Below the pieces are notes generated by a model. That model searched no databases and was not told where the DNA came from. It was given only the letters and a program-made list of their open reading frames with translations. Below are positions 10,549-19,730 of a stretch of DNA of 49,545 nucleotides, piece after piece. Made by a program: the position numbers and the translations under genes. The stretch covers positions 1 through 49,545 of the forward strand of contig JAFGIF010000187.1 of the NCBI GenBank assembly GCA_016929755.1, given 5' to 3'. The DNA is from Deltaproteobacteria bacterium. GTDB taxonomy: Bacteria; Desulfobacterota; Desulfomonilia; UBA1062. Numbering within the stretch: the first letter of the stretch is position 1; every line of letters begins with the position of its first letter.

Positions 10549-12678
10549 ATGGCAGCTAATCCATTGCACGTAATCATGAATCCATCATCCATTGCTGTTG
10601 TCGGTGCGAGTAATAATTTCAGCAAAATGGGAACACTCCAGTTGTTAAATATTATTTACAGCGGATTTCCCGGAGAAATTTTTCCTGTTCATCCGACAGA
10701 GAAAGAGATCTTCGGACTCAAGTCATATGCCTGTGTGGCTGATCTTCCATATCCCCCGGCTCTGGCACTTCTGGTTGTACCTACCAGGCTGGTCCCCGAA
10801 CTGCTCGAGGATTTCGGCAAACTGGAAACCCGATATGCCATTATTGTATCCGCCGGATTCAAGGAGACAGGCTCGGCGGGTATTGATCTCGAACAGGAGA
10901 TCGTATCTATAGCAAAATCTTATGGAATTCGTTTTGTCGGACCAAACTGTATGGGTATTGTAAATACGCAACACCCCCTGAATATTTCCGTTCTTCCGGT
11001 AAAGATGCCCGAAGGTGTGCTTAGTATCGCATCCCAGAGTGGAACCTATATAACCCAGACAATGCCTTATCTGCACCGTCAAGGTATAGCTGTCAGCAAG
11101 GCGATCAGTGTGGGGAATGAGGCCAATATCGATATTGTCGATTGTCTTGAATATCTGGGAGAAGACGATGAAACCAATGCAATATGCCTCTACATCGAGG
11201 GCATTCGCAGGGCGGATCGATTTCTCGAGGTTGCGAGACGGATCAGCAAGACCAAACCGATTGTAGCCCAGTATGTCGGCGGCACCAAGTCCGGCGCAAG
11301 ATCCGGTGCCAGTCATACAGGATCGCTTTCCGGTCCGGATTATGTATACGACGGCTTGTTCGCCCAGGCCGGAGTTATCCGGGTGAACACAATTGAAGAG
11401 GTCTATAAAATCGGCTGGACCCTTGCAACCCAGCCGCATCTTAATGGATCCAGAATTGGAGTAATAACACATTCAGGAGGACCAGGTACCGCGATTGTTG
11501 ATATCTGCGACCGTTTCGGAATGGATATTCCCGAATTATCGGGGAGGATTCAGGAAACCATCCGGGACATGGTTCCCGGACATGCGGCAGTTAAAAATCC
11601 GGTTGATCTGACATTCATGGTGGATTTGAAACCCCTTGTAGACGATATTCCCCGGATTATTTTTGCGTCCGATGAGATCGACGGCGTTATTATCCATGGC
11701 ATAATGGATACTGAATTCATGGGCTTCATGCATCCCGTCATCAGTCAGATTTCCGAATTGGAAAAGGAAGCTTTTGCAAAGGGATTTGAAGTAGATCTAA
11801 ATGTTTTGACTCAATTGCCATCAAAGTACAACAAACCGATTGTCGTTTCTTCATTCGTAACCCATCAGGATCACTCGACACAGGTTCTCCAACAGCACCG
11901 TATACCTCAGTTCGATATGCCTGAGAAAGCCGCCAGGGCCATGGCGGCACTTTACCAGCACCACCTCATCCGGAAACGGAAAGAGCCCCAGGCAGTGGAA
12001 TTGATGGAGATTCCTGAACAAGCTGAAAAAATTATGGAGAATCTAACAAACATTTCGGTTGATGAATTCACAGCCAAAGCGATATTGAAGACATACTCTA
12101 TCCCTGTTACCAACGAAGATATCGTACAAACTTTGGAGCAGGCAATGGCTGTTGCAGATAAGATCGGATATCCCGTAGCTCTCAAGGGGTGTTCTCCTGT
12201 TATTCAGCACAAGACAGAACAGGGGATGGTTTTTCTTGATATTAATGATTCAGACGATTTATCACAAGCGTTTGAAAAAATCCGCTCCAAAGATTCAGGA
12301 ATTCCGCTTCTTGTCTCACAGATGCTCAAAGGTGAGCGCGAGTTTATGACCGGCATAAGTTCATTTCCCGGATTCCCGCCCTGTGTCCTGTTTGGTCTCG
12401 GGGGAATTTACACCGAAGCCCTGCATGATATTGCCATACGCCTTGCTCCGTTGGGAAGAGATGATGCCGAAGAAATGATACTCTCGCTTTCTTCAAGCAA
12501 GCTGATCGGGCCCTACCGAGGAATGCCTCCGGTTGACATGGAGGCCCTCTCAAGCATTCTCATGAACTTAAGTCAACTCGCAATCCACTTTCCCCGGATT
12601 AAAGAAATTGACCTCAATCCGATCATAGTGGTAAATGGTAAACCGAAAGTGGCTGATGCGTTATTTATTATGAGCTAA
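10549..12678 (+). CDS. ADP-forming acyl-CoA synthetase, fused alpha+beta (CoA-binding + ATP-grasp)
   Basis: 709 aa. N-terminal CoA-binding fold, His loop GASHTGSLSG, and a C-terminal ATP-grasp-like region (GYPVALKG...). RBS AGGAGG. Confidence 0.85.
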   Translation: MAANPLHVIMNPSSIAVVGASNNFSKMGTLQLLNIIYSGFPGEIFPVHPTEKEIFGLKSYACVADLPYPPALALLVVPTRLVPELLEDFGKLETRYAIIVSAGFKETGSAGIDLEQEIVSIAKSYGIRFVGPNCMGIVNTQHPLNISVLPVKMPEGVLSIASQSGTYITQTMPYLHRQGIAVSKAISVGNEANIDIVDCLEYLGEDDETNAICLYIEGIRRADRFLEVARRISKTKPIVAQYVGGTKSGARSGASHTGSLSGPDYVYDGLFAQAGVIRVNTIEEVYKIGWTLATQPHLNGSRIGVITHSGGPGTAIVDICDRFGMDIPELSGRIQETIRDMVPGHAAVKNPVDLTFMVDLKPLVDDIPRIIFASDEIDGVIIHGIMDTEFMGFMHPVISQISELEKEAFAKGFEVDLNVLTQLPSKYNKPIVVSSFVTHQDHSTQVLQQHRIPQFDMPEKAARAMAALYQHHLIRKRKEPQAVELMEIPEQAEKIMENLTNISVDEFTAKAILKTYSIPVTNEDIVQTLEQAMAVADKIGYPVALKGCSPVIQHKTEQGMVFLDINDSDDLSQAFEKIRSKDSGIPLLVSQMLKGEREFMTGISSFPGFPPCVLFGLGGIYTEALHDIAIRLAPLGRDDAEEMILSLSSSKLIGPYRGMPPVDMEALSSILMNLSQLAIHFPRIKEIDLNPIIVVNGKPKVADALFIMS

Positions 12679-12687
12679 GGAGGAGTT

Positions 12688-13086
12688 ATGAGTATCGAAA
12701 AAATCAGAGAAATGATTGACATATACAAGGAAGAAAAGAAGCTTCCATGTCCGGTTGCCCATTATATTGCAGCATATCTTAAGATTGATCCGCTAGAAGT
12801 CGGCAAGGCGGCCACGGAGCTTGGGGTCATGCTCTACCAGTGTCAGATCGGCCTGTTCGGCTACGGCAGGAAAGGCAAGTCCGGCTACAAGATTATCGGA
12901 AGGAAAGTCGAGGTTCCCGAGGAAATAAACCAGCAGATACTGGCCATCACAGAAGAAAAAGGATCGATTTCCTGCAAAGAACTCTGGCAGATAGCAGAGA
13001 AGAACGGCATTAACCGTGCCGAGGCCGGTAATGCGGCGGATGCATTGAACATCAAGATTACTCCATGTCAACTGGGTGCGTTCTGA
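12688..13086 (+). CDS. hypothetical protein with internal duplication (two C..CQxGxF half-domains)
   Basis: 132 aa. RBS AAGGAGGAG lies 9 nt after the upstream stop. Residues ~18-56 and ~93-131 align without gaps (PC..IA..I..E.G.AA..L......CQ.G.F). Confidence 0.6.
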   Translation: MSIEKIREMIDIYKEEKKLPCPVAHYIAAYLKIDPLEVGKAATELGVMLYQCQIGLFGYGRKGKSGYKIIGRKVEVPEEINQQILAITEEKGSISCKELWQIAEKNGINRAEAGNAADALNIKITPCQLGAF

Positions 13087-13105
13087 ACCTTGTCAAAAAA
13101 CAGGC

Positions 13106-13660
13106 TTAAATCTGCTCGGGAGTAGGTTGTTTTGAATCCGGCCGATAGACCTTGGGTATAAGAAAAGCCATAAGTATGCATTTTAGAAAGTCTCCCGGCA
13201 GAAATACGAGCAGCCCGGCTTTAAGTGCAATTCCGATGGCATTTGGCTGTTGCAGCATATATATCATGTTGAATATGAGATAAGTCATCCCGATCAGGTA
13301 GATTGTGGCAGAGCCGACCAAGGCTGCCAGGAAAACCGAAACAGGGCTGATCCCCATTTTATTAACCACGTAACCGGCAGGAATCGGGGCCAGCATGAAT
13401 CCAATCAGGTATCCAAAAGAGGGTTTGAATATATAGGATAATCCTCCACCTCCGGCAAAGACCGGAAGTCCCATAAGGCCAATCAGCAGATAAATTACTT
13501 GACTGTAAAAACCGGCTTTAGGCCCCAGAACAATTCCGGACATGAGAACAAAGAATGTTTGTAGAGTAATAGGAACAGGTATGAATGGAATTCTGATAAG
13601 AGCCCCGAGTGCCGTCAGAGCAGCAAAGAGGGGAATGATGGATATTTGACGCATAGTCAT
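13106..13660 (-). CDS. bioY: biotin transporter BioY
   Basis: 184 aa, multi-TM. PITLQTFFVLMSGIVLGPKAG is typical of BioY. Confidence 0.8.
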   Translation of the reverse strand: MTMRQISIIPLFAALTALGALIRIPFIPVPITLQTFFVLMSGIVLGPKAGFYSQVIYLLIGLMGLPVFAGGGGLSYIFKPSFGYLIGFMLAPIPAGYVVNKMGISPVSVFLAALVGSATIYLIGMTYLIFNMIYMLQQPNAIGIALKAGLLVFLPGDFLKCILMAFLIPKVYRPDSKQPTPEQI

Positions 13661-13797
13661 ATGTATAAGCTTGATATTATAAAGAATTCTTTTAGTAAAG
13701 GCGAAATTGTGATTGAACTGGATTCCTGGTTGATGTATGTTACATTTTCCTTGCTGTTATTTACGATCTATTGAAGAAAACCGACGGAGGTGTTGTT

Positions 13798-14418
13798 ATG
13801 GCCATCGAAATAACATGGTTAGGCCATGCAAGTGTTTTGATTCGGGCTGATTCCACTGTTATATACATAGATCCCTGGAAGGTTACGGGGGCATTTCCCA
13901 AAGCTGACCTTATCCTGCTCACTCACGATCATTACGATCATTATTCCGAAGATGATATTGTAATGCTTTCATCGCAATCAACAAGGGTGGTGGCTCCCAT
14001 GAAAACCCCTCTGGTGTCTGATACAATAGCGGTTGGTGACAACCTAAGTATGAGCACATGTTCTGTTCAGGCGGTGGCATCATATAATATCGAAAAGGAG
14101 TTCCATCCCAAGGAAAAGGGGTGGGTGGGATATGTGGTAGCAATTGGCACAAAGAAGATTTATCATGCCGGTGATACAGACAGAATCCCGGAGATGAAAG
14201 ACATCCGCGTAGACCTTGTACTGCTGCCTGTTGGTGGGACCTATACCATGGATGCTGATGCTGCCAGAGAAGCCATTAAAGATATTGAGCCTCTCCACGT
14301 GATCCCGATTCACTTCGGCGATATAGTTGGTTCGCGCCATGATGCTGAAGCGCTTTTGGATGTCGAAAACAGCAAGATACATATTCTAAATCCCGGAGAA
14401 ATATTTATGCTGGAGTGA
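13798..14418 (+). CDS. MBL-fold metallo-hydrolase
   Basis: ITWLGHAS...LLTHDHYDHY (HxHxDH) motif. ATG at 13798 with GGAGG 7 nt upstream is preferred to the TTG at 13771. Confidence 0.8.
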   Translation: MAIEITWLGHASVLIRADSTVIYIDPWKVTGAFPKADLILLTHDHYDHYSEDDIVMLSSQSTRVVAPMKTPLVSDTIAVGDNLSMSTCSVQAVASYNIEKEFHPKEKGWVGYVVAIGTKKIYHAGDTDRIPEMKDIRVDLVLLPVGGTYTMDADAAREAIKDIEPLHVIPIHFGDIVGSRHDAEALLDVENSKIHILNPGEIFMLE

Positions 14419-14420
14419 TT

Positions 14421-16352
14421 ATGCATAAGCTCATCGGACAGTTACAGCATGTATTTGAGAATGCACCATTTGGTGCCTGTGTGCTGGATATTGATGGGGC
14501 CATCGTATATGTTAATCGCAGTTTTGCCTCAACGATCGCAACGGGTGATATTCCGATTACCGGCAAATCCGCCTACGATTTGATTCATGAGTTTCTGCAG
14601 GATGAAGGCTTAGCTCTCAGCATCAGAAGGCTTCTCAAAACAAATGAGCCGTTTTCCCTGATGATTGAGACGTTGAGTTCACCCAAGATTAAGACACCGG
14701 AGTTCATGAATTTTTTTGGATACCGTTTGGACACGGTTTACATTCTGATCGCAGATTTTGTCAGTGGCAGTTTCGTCCATCAGAGCAGGTATAAAAAGCT
14801 AATCCAAGATGCGCCTGATGCTATTCTGATAATGAAAAAAGGCGTGATAATTTTTTGCAATCCCGCTTTTTCAGAAATTGTGCAGAAACCACCGGAAAAA
14901 ATATTAGGAAAAGAAATTTATGAATTTATTGATGAGAAGGGTATGGGACCTCTCCTGACTCTCAAACAGGGTCGGATTAAAGGGTTTTCTTCCCGTATCT
15001 CTATTCGCACAGAGACTGATGAGGTGGTGCTGGAAGGCAAGTTCCATTCAATTGAAGATCGGCCCGGAACATCTATTGCAATGTTGCGCGATGTAACCGA
15101 AAAAGTAGCTCTTGAGAAAAGGCTTATTCGTCAGAACCAGGATCTGTCTGTGATTAATTTGATATCGGAAACCTTGAGTTCGTCCATTCATCTTGAAGAG
15201 ATTTTACAGAACACCCTGGTAAAAGTTCTGCAGATCATGAATGTTGAAGCGGGTTGGATATATCTGCTTGATGAAACAACCCAAACACTTAAGTGTGCTT
15301 ACTCTTACGGACTGCCGGACTATGTTGTGCAATCGATTAAACGACTTGCTCTGGGTGAGGGAATCGCAGGCAGGGTTGCGGTAAACGGCGAACCTATTAT
15401 CCTGGAAAATGCCTCTGAAGATCCGCGGGTAAAATCCCTGGCTATCAAACAGCAGGGCATTCAGTCCTTTGCCTCGATTCCTTTAAAATCCAGAACTAGA
15501 ATGATCGGCGCCATGAATATCGGATCATTCGGACAGCGGATCATTTCGCCTGATGATAAACGCCTGCTTATGAACATCGGACTGCATATGGGCGCTGTAA
15601 TAGAGAACGTTTTGCTTTTCAAGGAGATAACAAATACTTCTGAAGAACTAATGAAAGCGCTGAATATTATCGAACAGCGCAATGATGAATTGAGGAATCT
15701 GGTTTATACAGTCTCACACGATTTGAAAAATCCCATCATTGCGATCAACGGCTTTGCCAGGCGACTTATTAAAGATGTCGGATCCAAGTTAAGCAGTAAG
15801 GAAATGGATTATATAAATGCCATAACAGAAAGCGGCATTCACATGGAAAAATTTGTTACTAATTTATTGACTCTATCCACTGTGGAGCAACTCAAAATCG
15901 AAAAAGAACAATTTGCCGCTCGGGAAGTTGTCGATGATGTGCTTCGAGAACTGGTTCAACAGCTGGAAGAAAAAAATGGCAAAATCAAGATAGATGATAA
16001 CTTGCCGGTTATTTTTGCAGACCGGATACGCATTACCCAGGTCTTTTCCAATTTCATCTCGAATGCTATAAAATACGCGCACCCCGATAGAGACCTTGAG
16101 CTATATATCGGTTACGAGCGCGAAAACAAAGTCCATGTGTTTTTTGTTAAGGACAATGGTATCGGCATCCCTGCAGAACACGTGCGATCTGTTTTTGATA
16201 TGTTCTACCGGGCATACGAAGACGTTGCCGACGGAACCGGCATAGGCCTTTCAATCGCCAAGAAGGCCGTGAACATGATGGGAGGGGATGTATGGCTTGA
16301 ATCCCAAAAGGGTATTGGATCAGTATTTTACTTTTCAATTCCCATAATATAA
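14421..16352 (+). CDS. PAS/GAF sensor histidine kinase
   Basis: H-box VSHDLKNPI, N-box NAIKY, G-boxes DNGIGI and GTGIGLSI. A GAF-like segment lies upstream. An alternative GTG start at 14415 overlaps the upstream stop. Confidence 0.85.
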   Translation: MHKLIGQLQHVFENAPFGACVLDIDGAIVYVNRSFASTIATGDIPITGKSAYDLIHEFLQDEGLALSIRRLLKTNEPFSLMIETLSSPKIKTPEFMNFFGYRLDTVYILIADFVSGSFVHQSRYKKLIQDAPDAILIMKKGVIIFCNPAFSEIVQKPPEKILGKEIYEFIDEKGMGPLLTLKQGRIKGFSSRISIRTETDEVVLEGKFHSIEDRPGTSIAMLRDVTEKVALEKRLIRQNQDLSVINLISETLSSSIHLEEILQNTLVKVLQIMNVEAGWIYLLDETTQTLKCAYSYGLPDYVVQSIKRLALGEGIAGRVAVNGEPIILENASEDPRVKSLAIKQQGIQSFASIPLKSRTRMIGAMNIGSFGQRIISPDDKRLLMNIGLHMGAVIENVLLFKEITNTSEELMKALNIIEQRNDELRNLVYTVSHDLKNPIIAINGFARRLIKDVGSKLSSKEMDYINAITESGIHMEKFVTNLLTLSTVEQLKIEKEQFAAREVVDDVLRELVQQLEEKNGKIKIDDNLPVIFADRIRITQVFSNFISNAIKYAHPDRDLELYIGYERENKVHVFFVKDNGIGIPAEHVRSVFDMFYRAYEDVADGTGIGLSIAKKAVNMMGGDVWLESQKGIGSVFYFSIPII

Positions 16353-16512
16353 TGATTGGAATCTTCACAAAACGCGCTTTTCATAAATAACATTCCTGTT
16401 TGTCGCATGCAAAGATATTTCGGAAGGCGCTATCATAAATGACATAAATCAAAAATAAAACAAATGGTTATAAATTAAATCATCACTAAAAAGATAATTT
16501 AAAGCACACTTG

Positions 16513-16540
16513 TTGACTTTTAAAAGACTGACCCTATTAT
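16513..16540 (+). promoter_or_regulatory. candidate sigma70 promoter
   Basis: TTGACT (16513-16518), 16-nt spacer, TATTAT (16535-16540). Confidence 0.4.
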
Positions 16541-16668
16541 ATTGTGAAAAAGTTTACACGTGAGGAAATAATATCGTCAAAAGTCACCTGAAGTTGGTGA
16601 GATTAAATGCAAATGAAAATTTATTATATTTCAAAGGCTTTATCAAGATACATAAAAAGGAGGAAAAA

Positions 16669-17127
16669 ATGAGAAAAAGTATTCTGCTGGCGGTGTTTTT
16701 TGTCGCGTTGTTCACAGCAGCAAATCTGTATGCTCAACAGACAGAGGGGGCTGTTCAGACAGCCCAACAGGCAGAGGTCCATGGCCAGGGAGACTGGTGT
16801 TGTCCATGGTGCGGTCGTAGTTGTGAAGTTGAAACTAAAAGGGATGCTGGGATGAAGCATCGCTACGGAAGTACAGACTGGGGTAATGTCGCACCTTTTT
16901 CCGGTCGTAGCAGTGCCAGGAGCAGGACCCAGGCACCTTTAAATGAACAACAGGCCAGAGTGTCTGTTCAACATTATCTGGACATGATGGGTAATCCGAA
17001 TCTCGCAATTGGTGAGATAGCTGAAAAAGGTGATTATTTTGAGATCGGAGTGGTTACCAAGGAAGGATCTCAGGTAAATACTATTTTCGTTGATAGAAGT
17101 ACGGGCTGGATAAAATCCAAATACTGA
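16669..17127 (+). CDS. secreted protein with CCPWCG motif and PepSY-like C-terminus
   Basis: ATG at 16669 follows AAAGGAGGA. Signal peptide MRKSILLAVFFVALFTAANLYAQ. The track start at 16594 has no RBS. Confidence 0.6.
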   Translation: MRKSILLAVFFVALFTAANLYAQQTEGAVQTAQQAEVHGQGDWCCPWCGRSCEVETKRDAGMKHRYGSTDWGNVAPFSGRSSARSRTQAPLNEQQARVSVQHYLDMMGNPNLAIGEIAEKGDYFEIGVVTKEGSQVNTIFVDRSTGWIKSKY

Positions 17128-17156
17128 TTTATCAAGCCTGAAGATTAACAAAAGAA

Positions 17157-17201
17157 ATCTGGTCAGGTTTGCAATGCTGATGCAGCCTGATCAGATTTTT
17201 T
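17157..17201 (+). terminator. rho-independent terminator
   Basis: 11-bp stem ATCTGGTCAGG / CCTGATCAGAT (one G-U pair) followed by a T6 run. Confidence 0.65.
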
Positions 17202-17321
17202 ATGAAATGGATAGTGACCGCTAATTAATTTTTCCAATAACACAGTTTTGTGAGGGTACTGATTGAAAGTGTTTAAAGACATTTCAGGTTTTTTCAGTAC
17301 ATATTAAGATGAGGGATCGAT

Positions 17322-18161
17322 ATGAAGAAATTGGTGGAAGGTTTTTCAATTTTGATCATACTTACTCTCTACAGTCCTTTCGCGCAGGCAAACGATGGAG
17401 AAATTTTCACATTTGGCGATGACATTGTTGTTCATGAATCTGAATCAGTGCGCAGCGCAGTTTCTCTGGGTGGAAACGTCTCTGTTCTGGGTTCGGTTGA
17501 AAAGGATGTGATCTCTGTCGGGGGGTCAGTTTTTCTGGGAGAGCACTCAACAGTGGGCGGAAACGTTGTCTCGGTCGGGGGTTCAATAACGAGGCAGGAT
17601 GGGGCACAGATAAATGGGAATGTGAAAGTTATTGATATGACTAGCCTTCCTTCGATTGCTTCACTCGTACCAGGTTGTTTCTGGCCGAAGTTGCCTCGGC
17701 ACTTCGGGGTCTATTCTTTTCTGGCATTTTTAGCCCTTGCACTGGTTATCGTGGCAATAATGCCCACAACAATCGGCACAGTATCTTCTACTGCAGAGCA
17801 TAAACTCGTAGGATCTATTCTGTGGGGATGTCTCGGACTGATCCTCATTGTTCCACTGGCTATTGGGCTTCTGATATCTATCCTCGGGATCGTGTTGATT
17901 CCTGTCGAAATTGTCCTGGTTGGCTGTGCATTCCTCCTGGGCTACATTGCCGTGATACAACTCGTCGGAAAGAAAATTACCATTGTTCTTAAGCACAAAA
18001 ATCAGCCGATCCTTATTGAAACCATTATCGGTCTGGTTGTATTCTGGATTCTGGGGCTGATACCGCTTCTTGGGTGGCTGATAAAAAGTATAGCAGCTTT
18101 CATCGGGTTCGGGGCAATCATTAACACTATTATCATGCGCCAACGGCGAGTTTACAGATAG
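17322..18161 (+). CDS. membrane protein with bactofilin-like Gly/Val beta-repeats and a C-terminal multi-TM region
   Basis: Signal peptide, then repeated (V)S(V/L)GG(N/S)V units, then about five hydrophobic segments. Confidence 0.6.
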   Translation: MKKLVEGFSILIILTLYSPFAQANDGEIFTFGDDIVVHESESVRSAVSLGGNVSVLGSVEKDVISVGGSVFLGEHSTVGGNVVSVGGSITRQDGAQINGNVKVIDMTSLPSIASLVPGCFWPKLPRHFGVYSFLAFLALALVIVAIMPTTIGTVSSTAEHKLVGSILWGCLGLILIVPLAIGLLISILGIVLIPVEIVLVGCAFLLGYIAVIQLVGKKITIVLKHKNQPILIETIIGLVVFWILGLIPLLGWLIKSIAAFIGFGAIINTIIMRQRRVYR

Positions 18162-18234
18162 ACAACAGTATTGGAAGATGTAATTTTTAAAACTCAAGAG
18201 CATTTCAGCTGCTAATTATTTAAATATATCGTAA

Positions 18235-18621
18235 TTACGCGCCAGAACCGACCAGCGGCAGTACTTTCTCAATTTTGAAATATACAAGGTACTTGGACTT
18301 TGTATTGTTTTCATGTTTTGGCACATAGTGATGTTTTTCACGCAGAACATCTATCAATTGGCTGTTTTCTTCTTCTTTGATTTTAGACAGAAAGATCCTT
18401 TTCCCCGCAAAAGCATCGCTATTTTCCATGAACAGATAGGCTGCCGAAGGATTTGACTTCAAATTTGCATGAGAAAGTTTATCAGACATGATGAACGCCA
18501 CTATGTCTTTAGCTATGAAGTGGGGCCTGCCATAGAGCGCAATATCTACTTTCCCGGAAGAATCAGCCGTGGCCAGCATTCCCCTGCCACTGGCATGTTC
18601 AAAGTATTGATCCAGTTCCAT
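18235..18621 (-). CDS. pyridoxamine 5'-phosphate oxidase-like FMN-binding protein
   Basis: Split-barrel-like sequence (GMLATADSSGKVDIALYG...AAYLFME). ATG at 18621 has GGAGG 8 nt upstream, so it is preferred to 18636. Confidence 0.6.
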   Translation of the reverse strand: MELDQYFEHASGRGMLATADSSGKVDIALYGRPHFIAKDIVAFIMSDKLSHANLKSNPSAAYLFMENSDAFAGKRIFLSKIKEEENSQLIDVLREKHHYVPKHENNTKSKYLVYFKIEKVLPLVGSGA

Positions 18622-18719
18622 GATTATTTCCTCCATTTATTATGTTTGATAGGACTTTGTGCAGGTAAAGTCAAACGACTGCAGATTTGAAATCTTAACA
18701 CTTGTATAAAAGATAATGT

Positions 18720-19727
18720 TCATGAGATTGATTGCATCTTTACATCGAAACATTCGTGAGCCAATTTGGTAAGTTCAGCCAAGCCCCATCTTCCTTTGTC
18801 GGTAAGAAGTTTTACCATTTCATTGGGTAGGGCGTTCCTTCCGAGAAAGGCTCCGCTGATGGCCCCGGCCATGGCTGCCGTGCTGTCTACATCGCCGCCG
18901 ACACTGATCGCAGTTACGATAGTATCAAGGTAACGCTGCGGGGTATGCAGGAATGAATACAGGCTCCAAAGAACAGTTCCCGTGACAAATGGAGTAAGGC
19001 CCTGCCATTCGTTTGAATATCCCGGGGCATAACCTGCCTGAGCGATCAGGCTCATAGTGTTCTCGGGTGGCATTTCAACCCACTCGGCCAATCGCTTCAG
19101 CGCGTTTGACACTGAAGATTCAATAGGACCGGTCCACTCTGAGAGTTCAATGAGAAAATCTTTTGAATCGAGAGACTTTTTTCTCAGGCAGAGCGCCACG
19201 GCACCCGCAATGGCGACAGAACAGGCACAGCAGCGCGGATCCTGATGCGTTATGCGACTCTGGTCATAGGCAGAGCGAATGAGATCCCCGACATTGTCAA
19301 AGAAAAGAAGCCCTACTGGACCGGCACGCATGGCACTGCCGTTTCCGGCTGATGGGCTCGGTGTACCCGCCTCCTGCCAGGGAGTACCGGCGTCAAGACG
19401 CATAGCAGCCTCGAATGTTGCTCTGCCTGAACCGACAATTCTTCCCCGAGAAAATATATCGGCTATGCGGCGGGCATAATCTCCAGGATCGAACATCTTA
19501 CAATCGCGATAGCTGATGAGTAATTCGCGGGCAAGTTGAGAATCATCGGAATACTGTCCTAAAGGGTATGGTTCTCTCCCCGTCATATTAACTGAAAGCT
19601 TTAACAGTTGTTTTCCATAATCTTTGCAGATTTCATGCTGTGCACCTTCAACAGGAAAGCCAAGGGCATCACCCAGGCTCTGGCCTATAAGACACCCGCT
19701 GAACTGCTCTTTTTTCGGCAGGTCCAT
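18720..19727 (-). CDS. ADP-ribosylglycohydrolase family protein
   Basis: GCLIGQSLGDALGFPVEG and GGDVDSTAAMAGAISGA are typical ARH/DraG-family motifs. Starts 3 nt after the kinase stop. Confidence 0.85.
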   Translation of the reverse strand: MDLPKKEQFSGCLIGQSLGDALGFPVEGAQHEICKDYGKQLLKLSVNMTGREPYPLGQYSDDSQLARELLISYRDCKMFDPGDYARRIADIFSRGRIVGSGRATFEAAMRLDAGTPWQEAGTPSPSAGNGSAMRAGPVGLLFFDNVGDLIRSAYDQSRITHQDPRCCACSVAIAGAVALCLRKKSLDSKDFLIELSEWTGPIESSVSNALKRLAEWVEMPPENTMSLIAQAGYAPGYSNEWQGLTPFVTGTVLWSLYSFLHTPQRYLDTIVTAISVGGDVDSTAAMAGAISGAFLGRNALPNEMVKLLTDKGRWGLAELTKLAHECFDVKMQSIS

Positions 19728-19730
19728 TTC

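Noticed and set aside
10723-11472. Long antisense ORFs opposite well-supported genes. Examples are 10723-11472(-), 24586-25572(+), 36431-37024(+), 37600-38142(+), 5555-5998(-), 960-1385(+) and 31988-32521(+).
   Set aside because: Each lies entirely inside a gene with clear family motifs on the other strand. They have low-complexity or Arg/Ser/Pro-rich translations, no RBS and no motif. They are shadow ORFs.
16594-16668. The upstream extension of the secreted-protein ORF, together with similar track starts: 13771 (TTG), 7824, 18636, 37296, 38552, 34095 (TTG) and 39449.
   Set aside because: Internal ATGs have proper RBS spacing, ATGA/TAATG coupling or signal-peptide logic. The longer starts lack an RBS or overlap upstream genes.
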